A DNA stretch of 64,000 nt from Myxococcota bacterium. Lineage in GTDB: Bacteria > Myxococcota_A > UBA796 > SXON01. Of the stretch, positions 36,353 to 45,155 are shown in pieces. The stretch lies in the NCBI GenBank assembly GCA_040386535.1, contig JAZKFH010000005.1, positions 158,298-222,297 of the forward strand, written 5' to 3'. Every line of letters starts with the position of its first letter. The first letter of the stretch is position 1. The notes beneath the pieces are model-generated. The model did not search any database. It saw only the letters and a list, made by a program, of their open reading frames with translations, and was not told the DNA's origin. The position numbers and the translations under genes are program-made.

Positions 36353-36459
36353 GCGCGACGACGAGGGGCGCCAGAACGAGGGGCGCCCAATCGTGCGGTT
36401 CGCCGTTCGTCAGAACCAGGCGTTCGTGACGAACACCGTTCGACCGGACGAGGCGTGCG

Positions 36460-38505
36460 TCAGAACGAATCGATGTTGGCGTCCATCCAGGCGAGCCGCG
36501 CCGAGATGAAGGTGAGCACGCGGGCGTGCTCCTCCTCGTACGTCGAGACCGGGCAGAGCCAATCCTCGACGGTGTCGGTCTGGTAGGCGATGTCCTCGAT
36601 CGGCCACCGGGCCGCGTTGCGCGCGACCGCGTCCCCCAGCGTCGCGTCGTACCCGGCGATGCGCGCCAGGATCGCGGACTCGGCCATCGGGCCCGAGCGG
36701 AGCTCCGCCCAGCGCGCCACCAGCGCGGCATGGAACGCCGGATCGGCCGCCATCGCGTCCACGAACTCGGCGCGGACGACCCACCCCTCGGCGCCACAAT
36801 CGTAGAAGGGGTAGCCGAACGACAGATCGATGTCCCACGGGGCGAAGAACATCTTGCCGGCGGTGTCCTTCCACAGGTGCACGCTGAGCTGGTATGCGTC
36901 GATGTTCTTGGCGAACTCCTGGATCAGGATGAAGTCGATCGCGCTGTCCATGTCGACGTACGCAAAGATGCCCGTCTCCGGATCCGTGGGATCGGAGCCG
37001 TGAATCGCGTTCTCCCACGCGACGAGCCACGCGGACACTTCCGTCACGCTCTCGGGGGTCTCGTCCGGATACACCATCTGCCACGTGCCGTAGCCGACCG
37101 CGTTGTCGTGAAAACCGTCCACGTCGTCGAGCTTCACGATGAAGCTCGTGCTGGACGAGTCGTCCTTGCCGATGTCGAGGCGGGTGTCCTCGCGCTCGAT
37201 CTTCTCGCCGAGGGTGTAGACGCCCTGGTACTCCCCATCGAGCGTCAGCTCGCAGAACACGCTCTCGGTCGCGTACCGTTCGGTACCGCCGAAGGACTGG
37301 AACAAGTCATAGACGAGGCGATTGCGGAACAACACCCGATCGAGGTACTGCCCGTTGAGGATCCAGTCGCTGTCGCTGCCCATGCCGAGCAGGTCGACCG
37401 ACACGTCGTCGCCCGTGGCTTCGAGGAACAGGTCGAAGCGGGCGCTCCCGCGCGGATCGGGGCCGTCGGTGTCCACGGTGTCGGTGTCCGCGGTGTCGGT
37501 GTCGACCGATCCGGTGTCGACCGCGCCCGTGTCGACGGTGCCGGTGTCGACGGCGCCCGTGTCGACCGTGTCCGTGTCGGAGGTGTCGGCCGTGTCGGAG
37601 GAGCCGGTGTCGGTGGGGCCGGTGTCGGTGGAGCCGGTGTCGGTGGAGCTCGTGTCCCCCGATCCCGTGTCAGTTGGGCCCGTGTCACCGGAGTCGGTGT
37701 CGGGGGCGGCGCGTGCGAGGTCCAGGCTGGTGTCGCTCTGGTGCAGCTCGACCGCGATGACGTTCGTGCCGGCGACCAGCAGGGCGGGGCTGACCTTGGC
37801 GGTTACCCAGAGGATCTCGTCCGCCGCCGAGATGGGGGCGGACGCCGGGGTGTCGTACGTCGCGTCCGCGGGGAGGTTGTCCCGCAGGATCTCGGTGCCG
37901 TTGAGGTACACCGCGGCGCCGTCGTTACGGAGGATGCCAACCGACAACTTGGTGATGTCCGCGAGCGAGCCGACGCTGAAGGTGTACCGGTAGTACGTCG
38001 TGATGGCCGGAGCGTCCGGGTCGGGGCCCGACGAGACGATCGTGTTGAGGTAGTCGCCGCCGTAGCCCAGCGGCGCCGCGCCTTGCGACCACGAAGCGTC
38101 GTCGTACGCCGGCTCGCGCCACGCGGTTCCCAGGTTCGAGCCGTCGTCGACGTAGTGCCAAACGAAGCCGGGCCACACGGGCAGCTCGCTGTGTTGTCGC
38201 AGCTCCGCCGAATATTGGGGCTTCGGGAACGTGAGCGACGTGCGCCCACGAAGCTCCAACCCGGCGGGCCCGTCGTACAGCGGAACGCCATCTCCGCTCA
38301 CCACCTGCATCTGGCAGGGGACCTTCGGGTCATTGAGAATATTGCCGTCACATTGGACGGCTACGTTGCACACCAGGGTCGGATCGCCCGTGGGCGCGTC
38401 GGTGTCGACATCCGTGTCGGTGTCGGAGTCGGAGTCGCCGGCGCTGTCGTCGGGTTTGGACGAGTCCGTTTGGCAACCCAGGAGGGACAAGAGGAGCAAC
38501 GTCAT
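36460..38505 (-). CDS. CotH kinase-family lipoprotein with an internal inserted domain and D/T/G-rich spacer
   Basis: MTLLLLSLLGC; GLELRGRTS..FPKPQY, LLGMGSDSDWIL, RNRLVYDL, YQGVY.L.EKI, NIDAY, PWDIDLSFG, RLAWMD. Confidence 0.82.
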   Translation of the reverse strand: MTLLLLSLLGCQTDSSKPDDSAGDSDSDTDTDVDTDAPTGDPTLVCNVAVQCDGNILNDPKVPCQMQVVSGDGVPLYDGPAGLELRGRTSLTFPKPQYSAELRQHSELPVWPGFVWHYVDDGSNLGTAWREPAYDDASWSQGAAPLGYGGDYLNTIVSSGPDPDAPAITTYYRYTFSVGSLADITKLSVGILRNDGAAVYLNGTEILRDNLPADATYDTPASAPISAADEILWVTAKVSPALLVAGTNVIAVELHQSDTSLDLARAAPDTDSGDTGPTDTGSGDTSSTDTGSTDTGPTDTGSSDTADTSDTDTVDTGAVDTGTVDTGAVDTGSVDTDTADTDTVDTDGPDPRGSARFDLFLEATGDDVSVDLLGMGSDSDWILNGQYLDRVLFRNRLVYDLFQSFGGTERYATESVFCELTLDGEYQGVYTLGEKIEREDTRLDIGKDDSSSTSFIVKLDDVDGFHDNAVGYGTWQMVYPDETPESVTEVSAWLVAWENAIHGSDPTDPETGIFAYVDMDSAIDFILIQEFAKNIDAYQLSVHLWKDTAGKMFFAPWDIDLSFGYPFYDCGAEGWVVRAEFVDAMAADPAFHAALVARWAELRSGPMAESAILARIAGYDATLGDAVARNAARWPIEDIAYQTDTVEDWLCPVSTYEEEHARVLTFISARLAWMDANIDSF

Positions 38506-38718
38506 CGCCCACCTGTACCTCGACACGCGCGTGGATGGCGACGCCTTTGGTGGCGCGGTTGGTGTCCCTCTGTTCCGAACGGTCACGGGTCACGGGAAAT
38601 TGTGCAGACTCCCGACTTTCGCCGAGGCCCGCACGGGGACGTCGACCCGAGCAGTTATCAGACGGCCCATCGCGGCCGCCCCCCGGGCCCCAAACGACCA
38701 GCAGGTGGAGCCCACTGC

Positions 38719-40107
38719 ATGAGACCCTCGCTCAAGACCGCCATCCTCCTCGCGCTGATCGTGCCCATGCTCGGCGGTGCCCGCACCCCGAAGCCGTCCG
38801 CTCATCCGGGCCGTAACGGCTCGCTGACCGAGAACCAGCGCCAGATGGCGACAATCGCCTGGAAATATTTCGAGAACAACTACCAGGAAGAGACCTGCCT
38901 GGTGAACGCGGTCGACAACTACCCGAACACCACGCTGTGGGACGTCGGGAGCACGCTCGGCGCCACCGTCTCCGCCTTCGAGCTCGGCATCCTGCCGGAG
39001 GACGACTTCCACGTGCGCGTGCGGTGCATGCTCATCACGCTGGGGAAGATCGAGCTCTTCAAGGGAGAGCTCCCGAACAAGGCGTACAACACCCAGACCG
39101 GCGCGATGGTGAACTACGCCAACGAGCCCGGCGAGATCGGCTACTCCGCGCTGGATATCGGCCGCCTGCTCATCTGGCTCAAGATCCTCAAGGAGCGCCA
39201 GCCGCACTACATCCCCGCGGTCGACGCGATCGTGGCGCGCTGGAGCTTCTGCAACCTGCTCGACTCGTGCGGTACGATGTACGGCGCGATCCCGCAGGAC
39301 GGCAAGGTCGTGGCCCTCCAGGAAGGCCGTCTCGGCTACGAGGAATACGCGGCCAAGGGCTTCCAGCTCTGGGGGTTCGACACCAAGGAGTCGTCCGCGC
39401 TCGAGCCGATGGAGTTCGACCGCATCTACGGCATCGACATCCCGTTCGACGCGCGCGATCCCCGTCTGCTCACCGCCCACAATTACGTCGTGACGGAGAG
39501 CTACGCGCTCGACGGTATCGAGATGAATTGGGACCAGGCGGACGACCGTTCGACCGACGACATGAAGCACAGCGACAAGACCGCAGCGGACTTCGCCGGG
39601 CGTATCTACAAGGTCCAGGAAGAGCGCAACAAGGCCACCGGGATCCTCACCGCGCGGACGGAGCACCAGCTCGACGCGGCCCCGTGGTTCGTCTACGACA
39701 CGATTTATTCCGACGGCTACCGGTGGAACACCATCACGGACGACGGGAAGTACCTCCCCGCCTCGGCCGCGATCTCCACGAAGGCCTCCTTCAGCCTCTG
39801 GGCGCTTTGGGACACGCCGTACTCCCAGCTCCTGTTCACCACGATGGTGAGCAAGTTCGACCCGGACCGTGGCTACTACGAGGGCGTGTACGAGCACACC
39901 GGCGCCAACATCAACACCTTCACCGCGAACACCAACGGGATCATCCTCGAGACCCTGTTGTACAAGGTCCAAGGCAAGCTCCTCCGCTTCGGCGAGGCCA
40001 AGGGCAAGGACTCGTCGTGGGCGGCGACCGAAGGGACGCAGGCCAAGGACCGGTGCCAACTCCGCGCCGAGCAGCGTTCCCCCTGCGGGCCCGCGCCCAC
40101 CCGCTGA
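38719..40107 (+). CDS. Secreted DUF3131-like protein (probable (alpha/alpha)6 glycoside hydrolase-like)
   Basis: Signal peptide; AWKYFENN, TLWDVGS, LPNKAYNT, GYSALDIGRLL, EGRLGYEEYAA, TANTNGIILE recognised from memory as DUF3131 motifs. Confidence 0.7.
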   Translation: MRPSLKTAILLALIVPMLGGARTPKPSAHPGRNGSLTENQRQMATIAWKYFENNYQEETCLVNAVDNYPNTTLWDVGSTLGATVSAFELGILPEDDFHVRVRCMLITLGKIELFKGELPNKAYNTQTGAMVNYANEPGEIGYSALDIGRLLIWLKILKERQPHYIPAVDAIVARWSFCNLLDSCGTMYGAIPQDGKVVALQEGRLGYEEYAAKGFQLWGFDTKESSALEPMEFDRIYGIDIPFDARDPRLLTAHNYVVTESYALDGIEMNWDQADDRSTDDMKHSDKTAADFAGRIYKVQEERNKATGILTARTEHQLDAAPWFVYDTIYSDGYRWNTITDDGKYLPASAAISTKASFSLWALWDTPYSQLLFTTMVSKFDPDRGYYEGVYEHTGANINTFTANTNGIILETLLYKVQGKLLRFGEAKGKDSSWAATEGTQAKDRCQLRAEQRSPCGPAPTR

Positions 40108-42134
40108 TGTCAGCCGTCACGGAGCTCTCCGAACAGGGCATCCCCCGTTGGATGGGCCGCCTCGCCGGGTCGGACCCCGCGACGCGCGTCGCATTCAAGA
40201 TCCGCACGATCCAGCTCCTCATCGTGCTGAACGTGACGCTCGTCACCTGCTACATCGCCTGGCGTGGGCTGTTCACCATCAATTGGATGTTGTGGCCGGT
40301 CTCCCTCGCGTTGCTCGGCGCAGAGCTCTTCAGCTACGTCGACACGCTGCTGTTCGGCCTCGGCATGTGGAAGATGCGCGTCCGCGGGGAGCCGCCGGCG
40401 CCGCCCACCGAAGCCACGGTCGACGTGTTCATCACCTGCTACAACGAGCCGGTCGACCTGGTGCGTGGCACCGCGAGGGCCGCGCGGGACATCCACCACC
40501 CGCACAAGACCTGGGTGCTGGACGACGGTGACAGCGCCGCGATGCGCGCGATGGCCGAGGAGGAAGGTGTCGGGTACATCACCCGCGGCGCCGCCTGGAA
40601 GGGCAAGGACCGCCACGCCAAGGCCGGCAACCTCATCAACGCGCTCTTCCAGACCGACGGGCAGTTCCTGCTGATCCTCGACGCGGATCAGGTCCCGAAG
40701 CCGGAGATCCTCGCGCGCACGCTCGGGTACTTCGACGATCCGAAGGTCGCCCTGGTGCAGACCCCCCAGTGGTTCAGCAACGTGCCCGAGGGAGACCCCT
40801 TCGGCGTGGACTCGCCTTTGTTCTACGGGCCGATCCAACAGGGCAAGGACGGTTGGAACTCGGCCTTCTTCTGCGGGTCCAACGCCGTGCTTCGACGCGA
40901 CGCGCTGATGTACTCCGGCATCGTCTCCTACGCCAGGGAGATGGAGGCCCGCGTGCGGGGCGCGCTCAAGGACGCCGATCGTAGCCTCCGGAAGGCCGCC
41001 GCGGCCCTCGCGCCCGCGGCGACAGAAGCCCGTGGCGCCCTGCGCGCCGTGCGCAAGGCGGGCCGCCAGGCACGCATGCAGCTGAACGCCGGGATGCCGC
41101 TCCAGGAGGTCACCTGGGACTTCCAGCGGACCCTCGAGGGCGTGTCCCGGGAGCTCGTCGCCAAGGATGTGCAGAGCATCTACGCCGATCTCGCGGACAC
41201 CCCCGGCGTGACGCCGTCCATGCTCACCGGGTTCGGGGAGAGCGCGGTACCGACCGCGTACCTCTCCGGCAAGGCCGCCTCCCCGCTCGCGGCCATCGAC
41301 GAGGTACGGCAGCTCCTCGCCGACATCGACGTGGACCGCTCCGATCAGGCCGAGCCGGTGCAGCCCCTCGCCACCATCTCGATCACCGAGGACATGGCTA
41401 CCGCCATGCGCCTGCACGGCCTCGGGTTCAAGTCGGTCTACCATCACGAGATCCTCGCGGTCGGCCTCGCTCCGGACGACCTGCGCTCGGTCCTCCAGCA
41501 GCGCCTCCGCTGGGCCCAGGGCACCATGCAGGTGCTGTTCCGCGAGAACCCCCTGTTCCAGCGCGGGCTCACGTGGCCGCAGCGCCTGATGTACTTCTCG
41601 ACGATGTGGACCTACCTCTCCGGCTTCGCGGGGGTCATCTACCTGCTCGCGCCCGCGTTGTACCTCCTCTTCGGCTGGCTCCCGGTCAAGGCGCTCACGT
41701 GGCAGTTCCTCTGCTTCCTGGTGCCGTGCCTCGTGGTCAACCAGCTCCTGTTCGCCCTGATCGGCTACGGCATGCCCACCTGGCGCGGCCAACAGTACAG
41801 CCTCGCCCTGTTCCCGCTCTGGATCAACGCGGTCGTCACCGCCTTCCGCAACGTGTACTTCGGCTCCCGCCTCGCGTTCGTCGTGACACCCAAGACACGT
41901 CAGGGCGGGGTGCATTGGTCGCTCGTGCGCCCACAGCTCGCGATGACCGTGGTGCTCGCCGTGTCGATCGTCGTCGGCCTCTTCAAGCTCACCCAGGGAA
42001 ACGCGGACTCCGCATTTCCCATCGTCATCAACATCATCTGGGCGGTGTACGGAATCGTGATGCTGAGTGTCGTACTCAACGCCGCGAAGTGGCAGCCGGC
42101 AGCCCCCTCGACCAAACCTGGGAGTGTTTCATGA
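40107..42134 (+). CDS. Processive GT2 beta-glucan synthase, BcsA/CslA-like, without PilZ and with a ~150-aa insertion
   Basis: YNE, DDG, HAKAGN, DAD, QTPQ, FFCGS, TED, QRLRW; N- and C-terminal TM helices; TGATG coupling to the upstream gene. Confidence 0.88.
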   Translation: MSAVTELSEQGIPRWMGRLAGSDPATRVAFKIRTIQLLIVLNVTLVTCYIAWRGLFTINWMLWPVSLALLGAELFSYVDTLLFGLGMWKMRVRGEPPAPPTEATVDVFITCYNEPVDLVRGTARAARDIHHPHKTWVLDDGDSAAMRAMAEEEGVGYITRGAAWKGKDRHAKAGNLINALFQTDGQFLLILDADQVPKPEILARTLGYFDDPKVALVQTPQWFSNVPEGDPFGVDSPLFYGPIQQGKDGWNSAFFCGSNAVLRRDALMYSGIVSYAREMEARVRGALKDADRSLRKAAAALAPAATEARGALRAVRKAGRQARMQLNAGMPLQEVTWDFQRTLEGVSRELVAKDVQSIYADLADTPGVTPSMLTGFGESAVPTAYLSGKAASPLAAIDEVRQLLADIDVDRSDQAEPVQPLATISITEDMATAMRLHGLGFKSVYHHEILAVGLAPDDLRSVLQQRLRWAQGTMQVLFRENPLFQRGLTWPQRLMYFSTMWTYLSGFAGVIYLLAPALYLLFGWLPVKALTWQFLCFLVPCLVVNQLLFALIGYGMPTWRGQQYSLALFPLWINAVVTAFRNVYFGSRLAFVVTPKTRQGGVHWSLVRPQLAMTVVLAVSIVVGLFKLTQGNADSAFPIVINIIWAVYGIVMLSVVLNAAKWQPAAPSTKPGSVS

Positions 42135-42469
42135 GTGTATCCGTAGAAGAACGTGGCCCGCGCACGGCTGTGGCGGTCGTCAACGGTCGCCTCGATCTGC
42201 TGACCGCGTCCGAGGTGAAGCGCCAGCTCCAAGACGCCGTCGCGACAGGGCTGCATCGCCTGGTGGTCGACCTTCATGACGTGCCGTTCATCGACAGCTC
42301 TGGGCTCGGCGCGCTCATCGGCGCACTCAAGGCCACCCGCATCGCGGGCGGCGATCTGCGCATCGCGCGCCCCGGCGAGCAGGTCCGCTACGTGCTCGAG
42401 ATCTCCATGTTGGACCGCGTGCTCGTCTGCCACAAGACCGTGGAAGAAGCTCTTGCCCGCTACGAATGA
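42131..42469 (+). CDS. STAS domain anti-anti-sigma (RsbV/SpoIIAA-like)
   Basis: GRLD...VVDL..VPFIDSSGLGAL phospho-Ser motif; ATGA overlap with the GT2 gene. Confidence 0.9.
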   Translation: MSVSVEERGPRTAVAVVNGRLDLLTASEVKRQLQDAVATGLHRLVVDLHDVPFIDSSGLGALIGALKATRIAGGDLRIARPGEQVRYVLEISMLDRVLVCHKTVEEALARYE

Positions 42470-42878
42470 GAGCCGCACCCTGCCGGCCTTGCCCGAGGCG
42501 CTCGAGACCGTCCACGCGATGTTGGATCGGTTCTGGAGCGCCGTCGAGTCGAGCCGGGGCCTCGCGGTACCACCAAACCTGAAGCACGGCCTGGCCACCG
42601 CGGTGGCCGAGGTCGCGGCGAACATCATCCGCTACTCCGAGGCGGGATCGTTCGACTTCGCGCTCAGCCTCGCCGAGCGGCTGGTCGAGGCCCGCTTCAC
42701 CGACGCCGGCATCCCCTACCGCGGCGTCGCGGACGGCGCGTTCGACCCCGAGCAGCTCGCGGAGGGCGGAATGGGCCTCGCGTTGGCGAAACGCGGGCTC
42801 CACGCGTTCGCCTACCAGAGGTTGCCGGATGACACCAACTGCTGGACCCTCGTGATGAAGCTCCCGGTGCCCGTATGA
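42453..42878 (+). CDS. RsbW-like anti-sigma / Ser kinase (HATPase_c_2)
   Basis: AEVAANIIRY, FTDAG, AEGGMGLAL; TTG start at 42453 after GGAAGAAG, overlapping the STAS gene end. Confidence 0.82.
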   Translation: MPATNESRTLPALPEALETVHAMLDRFWSAVESSRGLAVPPNLKHGLATAVAEVAANIIRYSEAGSFDFALSLAERLVEARFTDAGIPYRGVADGAFDPEQLAEGGMGLALAKRGLHAFAYQRLPDDTNCWTLVMKLPVPV

Positions 42879-43585
42879 TTGCCCTCCTCCTCGGCCTCCT
42901 CTTCTCGAGCCCCGCCACCGCCGGCGCGTTTCCCGCGCCCGAAGTCATGGGCGCCTTCGAGGGCACCCTGCGCTCGGGCTACGCGTTCGCGAGCGTGATG
43001 TCGCCGAGCGTGGACCGCAAGGTCATGCCCGTGGCCCGGCTGACCGCGAGCTACCTGTATTACCGCTTCCCCGACTACGGCGGCGAGGCGCGGGTGCTCT
43101 CCCCCGGGCTCGCGTTCGGCGTCGGCGCGCGCTGGCGCCCCGAGCGGCTCTCGCTCACGTTGGTCGCCGGCTACGAGGCCCGCTACGTGCAGACCCGGCC
43201 CACCATCGGGGCTCCCCGGGCGCGCGCCGACCACGGCGTGAGCATCAGCGGCGACGTGTACTTCCAGGCGAACGCGAAGACCGCGCTTGCCGGCAGCGTG
43301 TCCTACGGCTTCGCGCAGCACTACCTCTGGTCCCGCGTGCTCGCCAAGCGCCAGCTCCTGCCGAAGACCGGGATGGCCATCACCGCGTTCTCCATGGGCG
43401 TCGACGCGACGCTCTACGGGAACGACCAATCCCGCGGCGTGGCCGGCGGGCTCTTCGGCGAGCTCTCGTTCCCCGGCGCGTCGACCTCGCTCACCCTGCA
43501 TGGGGGGCTGGGTCGCGAGATCCAACCGGGCGCGTCCGCCGCGCTCCAACCGAGTTTGGGCGCGTCGGTCTACAAGTCGTTCTGA
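42875..43585 (+). CDS. Predicted outer-membrane beta-barrel (possibly BcsS-like)
   Basis: Signal peptide, alternating amphipathic G/Y-rich strands, C-terminal ...GASVYKSF with terminal Phe. Confidence 0.6.
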   Translation: MIALLLGLLFSSPATAGAFPAPEVMGAFEGTLRSGYAFASVMSPSVDRKVMPVARLTASYLYYRFPDYGGEARVLSPGLAFGVGARWRPERLSLTLVAGYEARYVQTRPTIGAPRARADHGVSISGDVYFQANAKTALAGSVSYGFAQHYLWSRVLAKRQLLPKTGMAITAFSMGVDATLYGNDQSRGVAGGLFGELSFPGASTSLTLHGGLGREIQPGASAALQPSLGASVYKSF

Positions 43586-43626
43586 TCACGACCCGCGGGG
43601 ACGGGCCCGCGGCACACCTACAAAAA

Positions 43627-43660
43627 CAAGAGAGGGGACCCGACGGCGGGCCCCCTCTTC
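43627..43660. terminator. Putative bidirectional terminator hairpin
   Basis: GAGAGGGG-ACCCG...CGGG-CCCCTCTT imperfect inverted repeat between convergent genes, preceded by an A-run. Confidence 0.5.
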
Positions 43661-43679
43661 GCGTCAGCGAATCAGCGGA

Positions 43680-44975
43680 TCAGGTGGCGCGCTCGACCAT
43701 GTCGCGCGCGTACTCGGGCCACCAGGCGCCGGCGGAGGGGCCGCCGTTGCAGTCGCCGTCGGACTCACCCGGCGGCTTGATCCACAACATGGCATCGAGA
43801 CCGACCACCCCGGTGATCAGGGTCGGATTCGTGCCGACCGCGCGCCCGAGGGGGTTGCACCAGGTGTGCTCCTCGTCGGGGCCGATGCCGTTGCGACCGG
43901 TGTCGGCCACGTAGTGCACGGTGTCCCCGAGGATCGCACGCAGCTCGTCGGCGTACCCGATGGTGTCCGGGGTGGACTCGGTGTGCGCCACGTTCAGCGC
44001 GAACCCGGCGGCGTTGTGGACGCCCCCCGCGACGAGCCGGGCCGCCATCTCCGTGGCGGAGATCCAGGCGGAGTCGCCCGCGTCGATGTAGACGCGCGCG
44101 CCGGCTTCCGTGAGCGTGTCGACCGCGGCCGCGATCATCTCCTGCCGCTCGACCGCCTGCGCGGCGCTCAGGCACGTGGTCAGCGCGAGCGCGTCCGGCT
44201 CGAGGACGACGACGGCGAGCCGGCCGTCCAGCCCACGGGCCACGTCGTCGATGAACGCCGCGTAACTTTCCGCGTCCGCGGCGCCCCCCGAGGACCAGAA
44301 GCCGCAATCGCGGTTGGGGATGTTGTAGACCACGAACACACGGAGGTCGTCGCCGCCGGCGTTCACCGCGTTGTCGACCGTGCGCGCGACATCGGCGTCC
44401 CAGTCGCCGACCCAGGTGGCGGTCGGCTGCTCGGCCATCCGGTCCATCACGGCGGCGCCGTCGGGGTCGGACGACCGCCACTCGTCGGCCTGGCGGGCGG
44501 GGTGCGAATCCCGCTCGAGGAACAGGGAGTAGCCCTCGAGCGGCCCCACGGTGGGGTCGACCTCGGCGTCCTCGCCCTCGGAATCGTCGTCCGAACCACC
44601 ACCCTCGGAATCGTCGTGCGAGCCGGAGCCGGAGCCGGAGCCGGCCTCGACCTCGACCTCGACCTCGGCGTCGCCTTCGGCTTCGCCCTCACCCTCGGTC
44701 TCCCCCTCGGGCTCGTACTCGGGGTAGAAGTCGTCCTCCTCGTCGTCGCCGACCTCCTGGAGGTGCGACGAGTCGAGGGAGGCGAAGCTCGGGTGGGCGT
44801 GATGGTCCTCCGGGGGATCCGCCACGGTTTCGTGATCACGGAGGGTGGGCGACTTGGGGCCCGAGGGGGCATCGGCACCATCGACCAGGCACGCGGGGAG
44901 GAACGTCGCGGAGATCAACGGCACCAGCGAGTTCAGCTGCTGACGGCGGCTCTTGCGCTTCGATGAGACGGACAT
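43680..44975 (-). CDS. GH6 endoglucanase-like lipoprotein with acidic linker
   Basis: VVYNIPNRDC, LEPDAL, YIDAG, DTGRNG, WCNP, WIKPPGESDG; FLPAC possible lipobox; GGGAG before ATG 44975. Confidence 0.9.
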   Translation of the reverse strand: MSVSSKRKSRRQQLNSLVPLISATFLPACLVDGADAPSGPKSPTLRDHETVADPPEDHHAHPSFASLDSSHLQEVGDDEEDDFYPEYEPEGETEGEGEAEGDAEVEVEVEAGSGSGSGSHDDSEGGGSDDDSEGEDAEVDPTVGPLEGYSLFLERDSHPARQADEWRSSDPDGAAVMDRMAEQPTATWVGDWDADVARTVDNAVNAGGDDLRVFVVYNIPNRDCGFWSSGGAADAESYAAFIDDVARGLDGRLAVVVLEPDALALTTCLSAAQAVERQEMIAAAVDTLTEAGARVYIDAGDSAWISATEMAARLVAGGVHNAAGFALNVAHTESTPDTIGYADELRAILGDTVHYVADTGRNGIGPDEEHTWCNPLGRAVGTNPTLITGVVGLDAMLWIKPPGESDGDCNGGPSAGAWWPEYARDMVERAT

Positions 44976-45155
44976 TTGTGCTCCCGACCTTGATGGAAAG
45001 CCCGCTTTCTCGCAGGGGTCCATTCTGGCACTTTTCTCAGTAAGTAGGCCAAGCTGGGCCGTCGACTATTCACTGCATTAAAAAGCGATTGGGGGCCCCT
45101 GCCACGGCTGGACAGACCCGCGGCGACGGCGTAATTCGGCAGGAAAGAGGGCCGC

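Noticed and set aside
36526..38718. N-terminal 730 aa of the 1193-aa ORF as a fusion to the DUF3131-like protein
   Set aside because: It is antisense to the CotH gene; a GGAG SD and a signal peptide support the start at 38719.
42466..42480. Frameshift in the RsbW-like gene (ATG at 42466 is out of frame)
   Set aside because: An in-frame TTG at 42453 with a purine-rich upstream sequence gives a complete protein without a frameshift.
44976..45155. c-di-GMP riboswitch or sigma-54 promoter upstream of the GH6 gene
   Set aside because: AT-rich intergenic region, but I could not match the riboswitch consensus. TGGCAC here and at 1411 lacks a correctly spaced TTGC.
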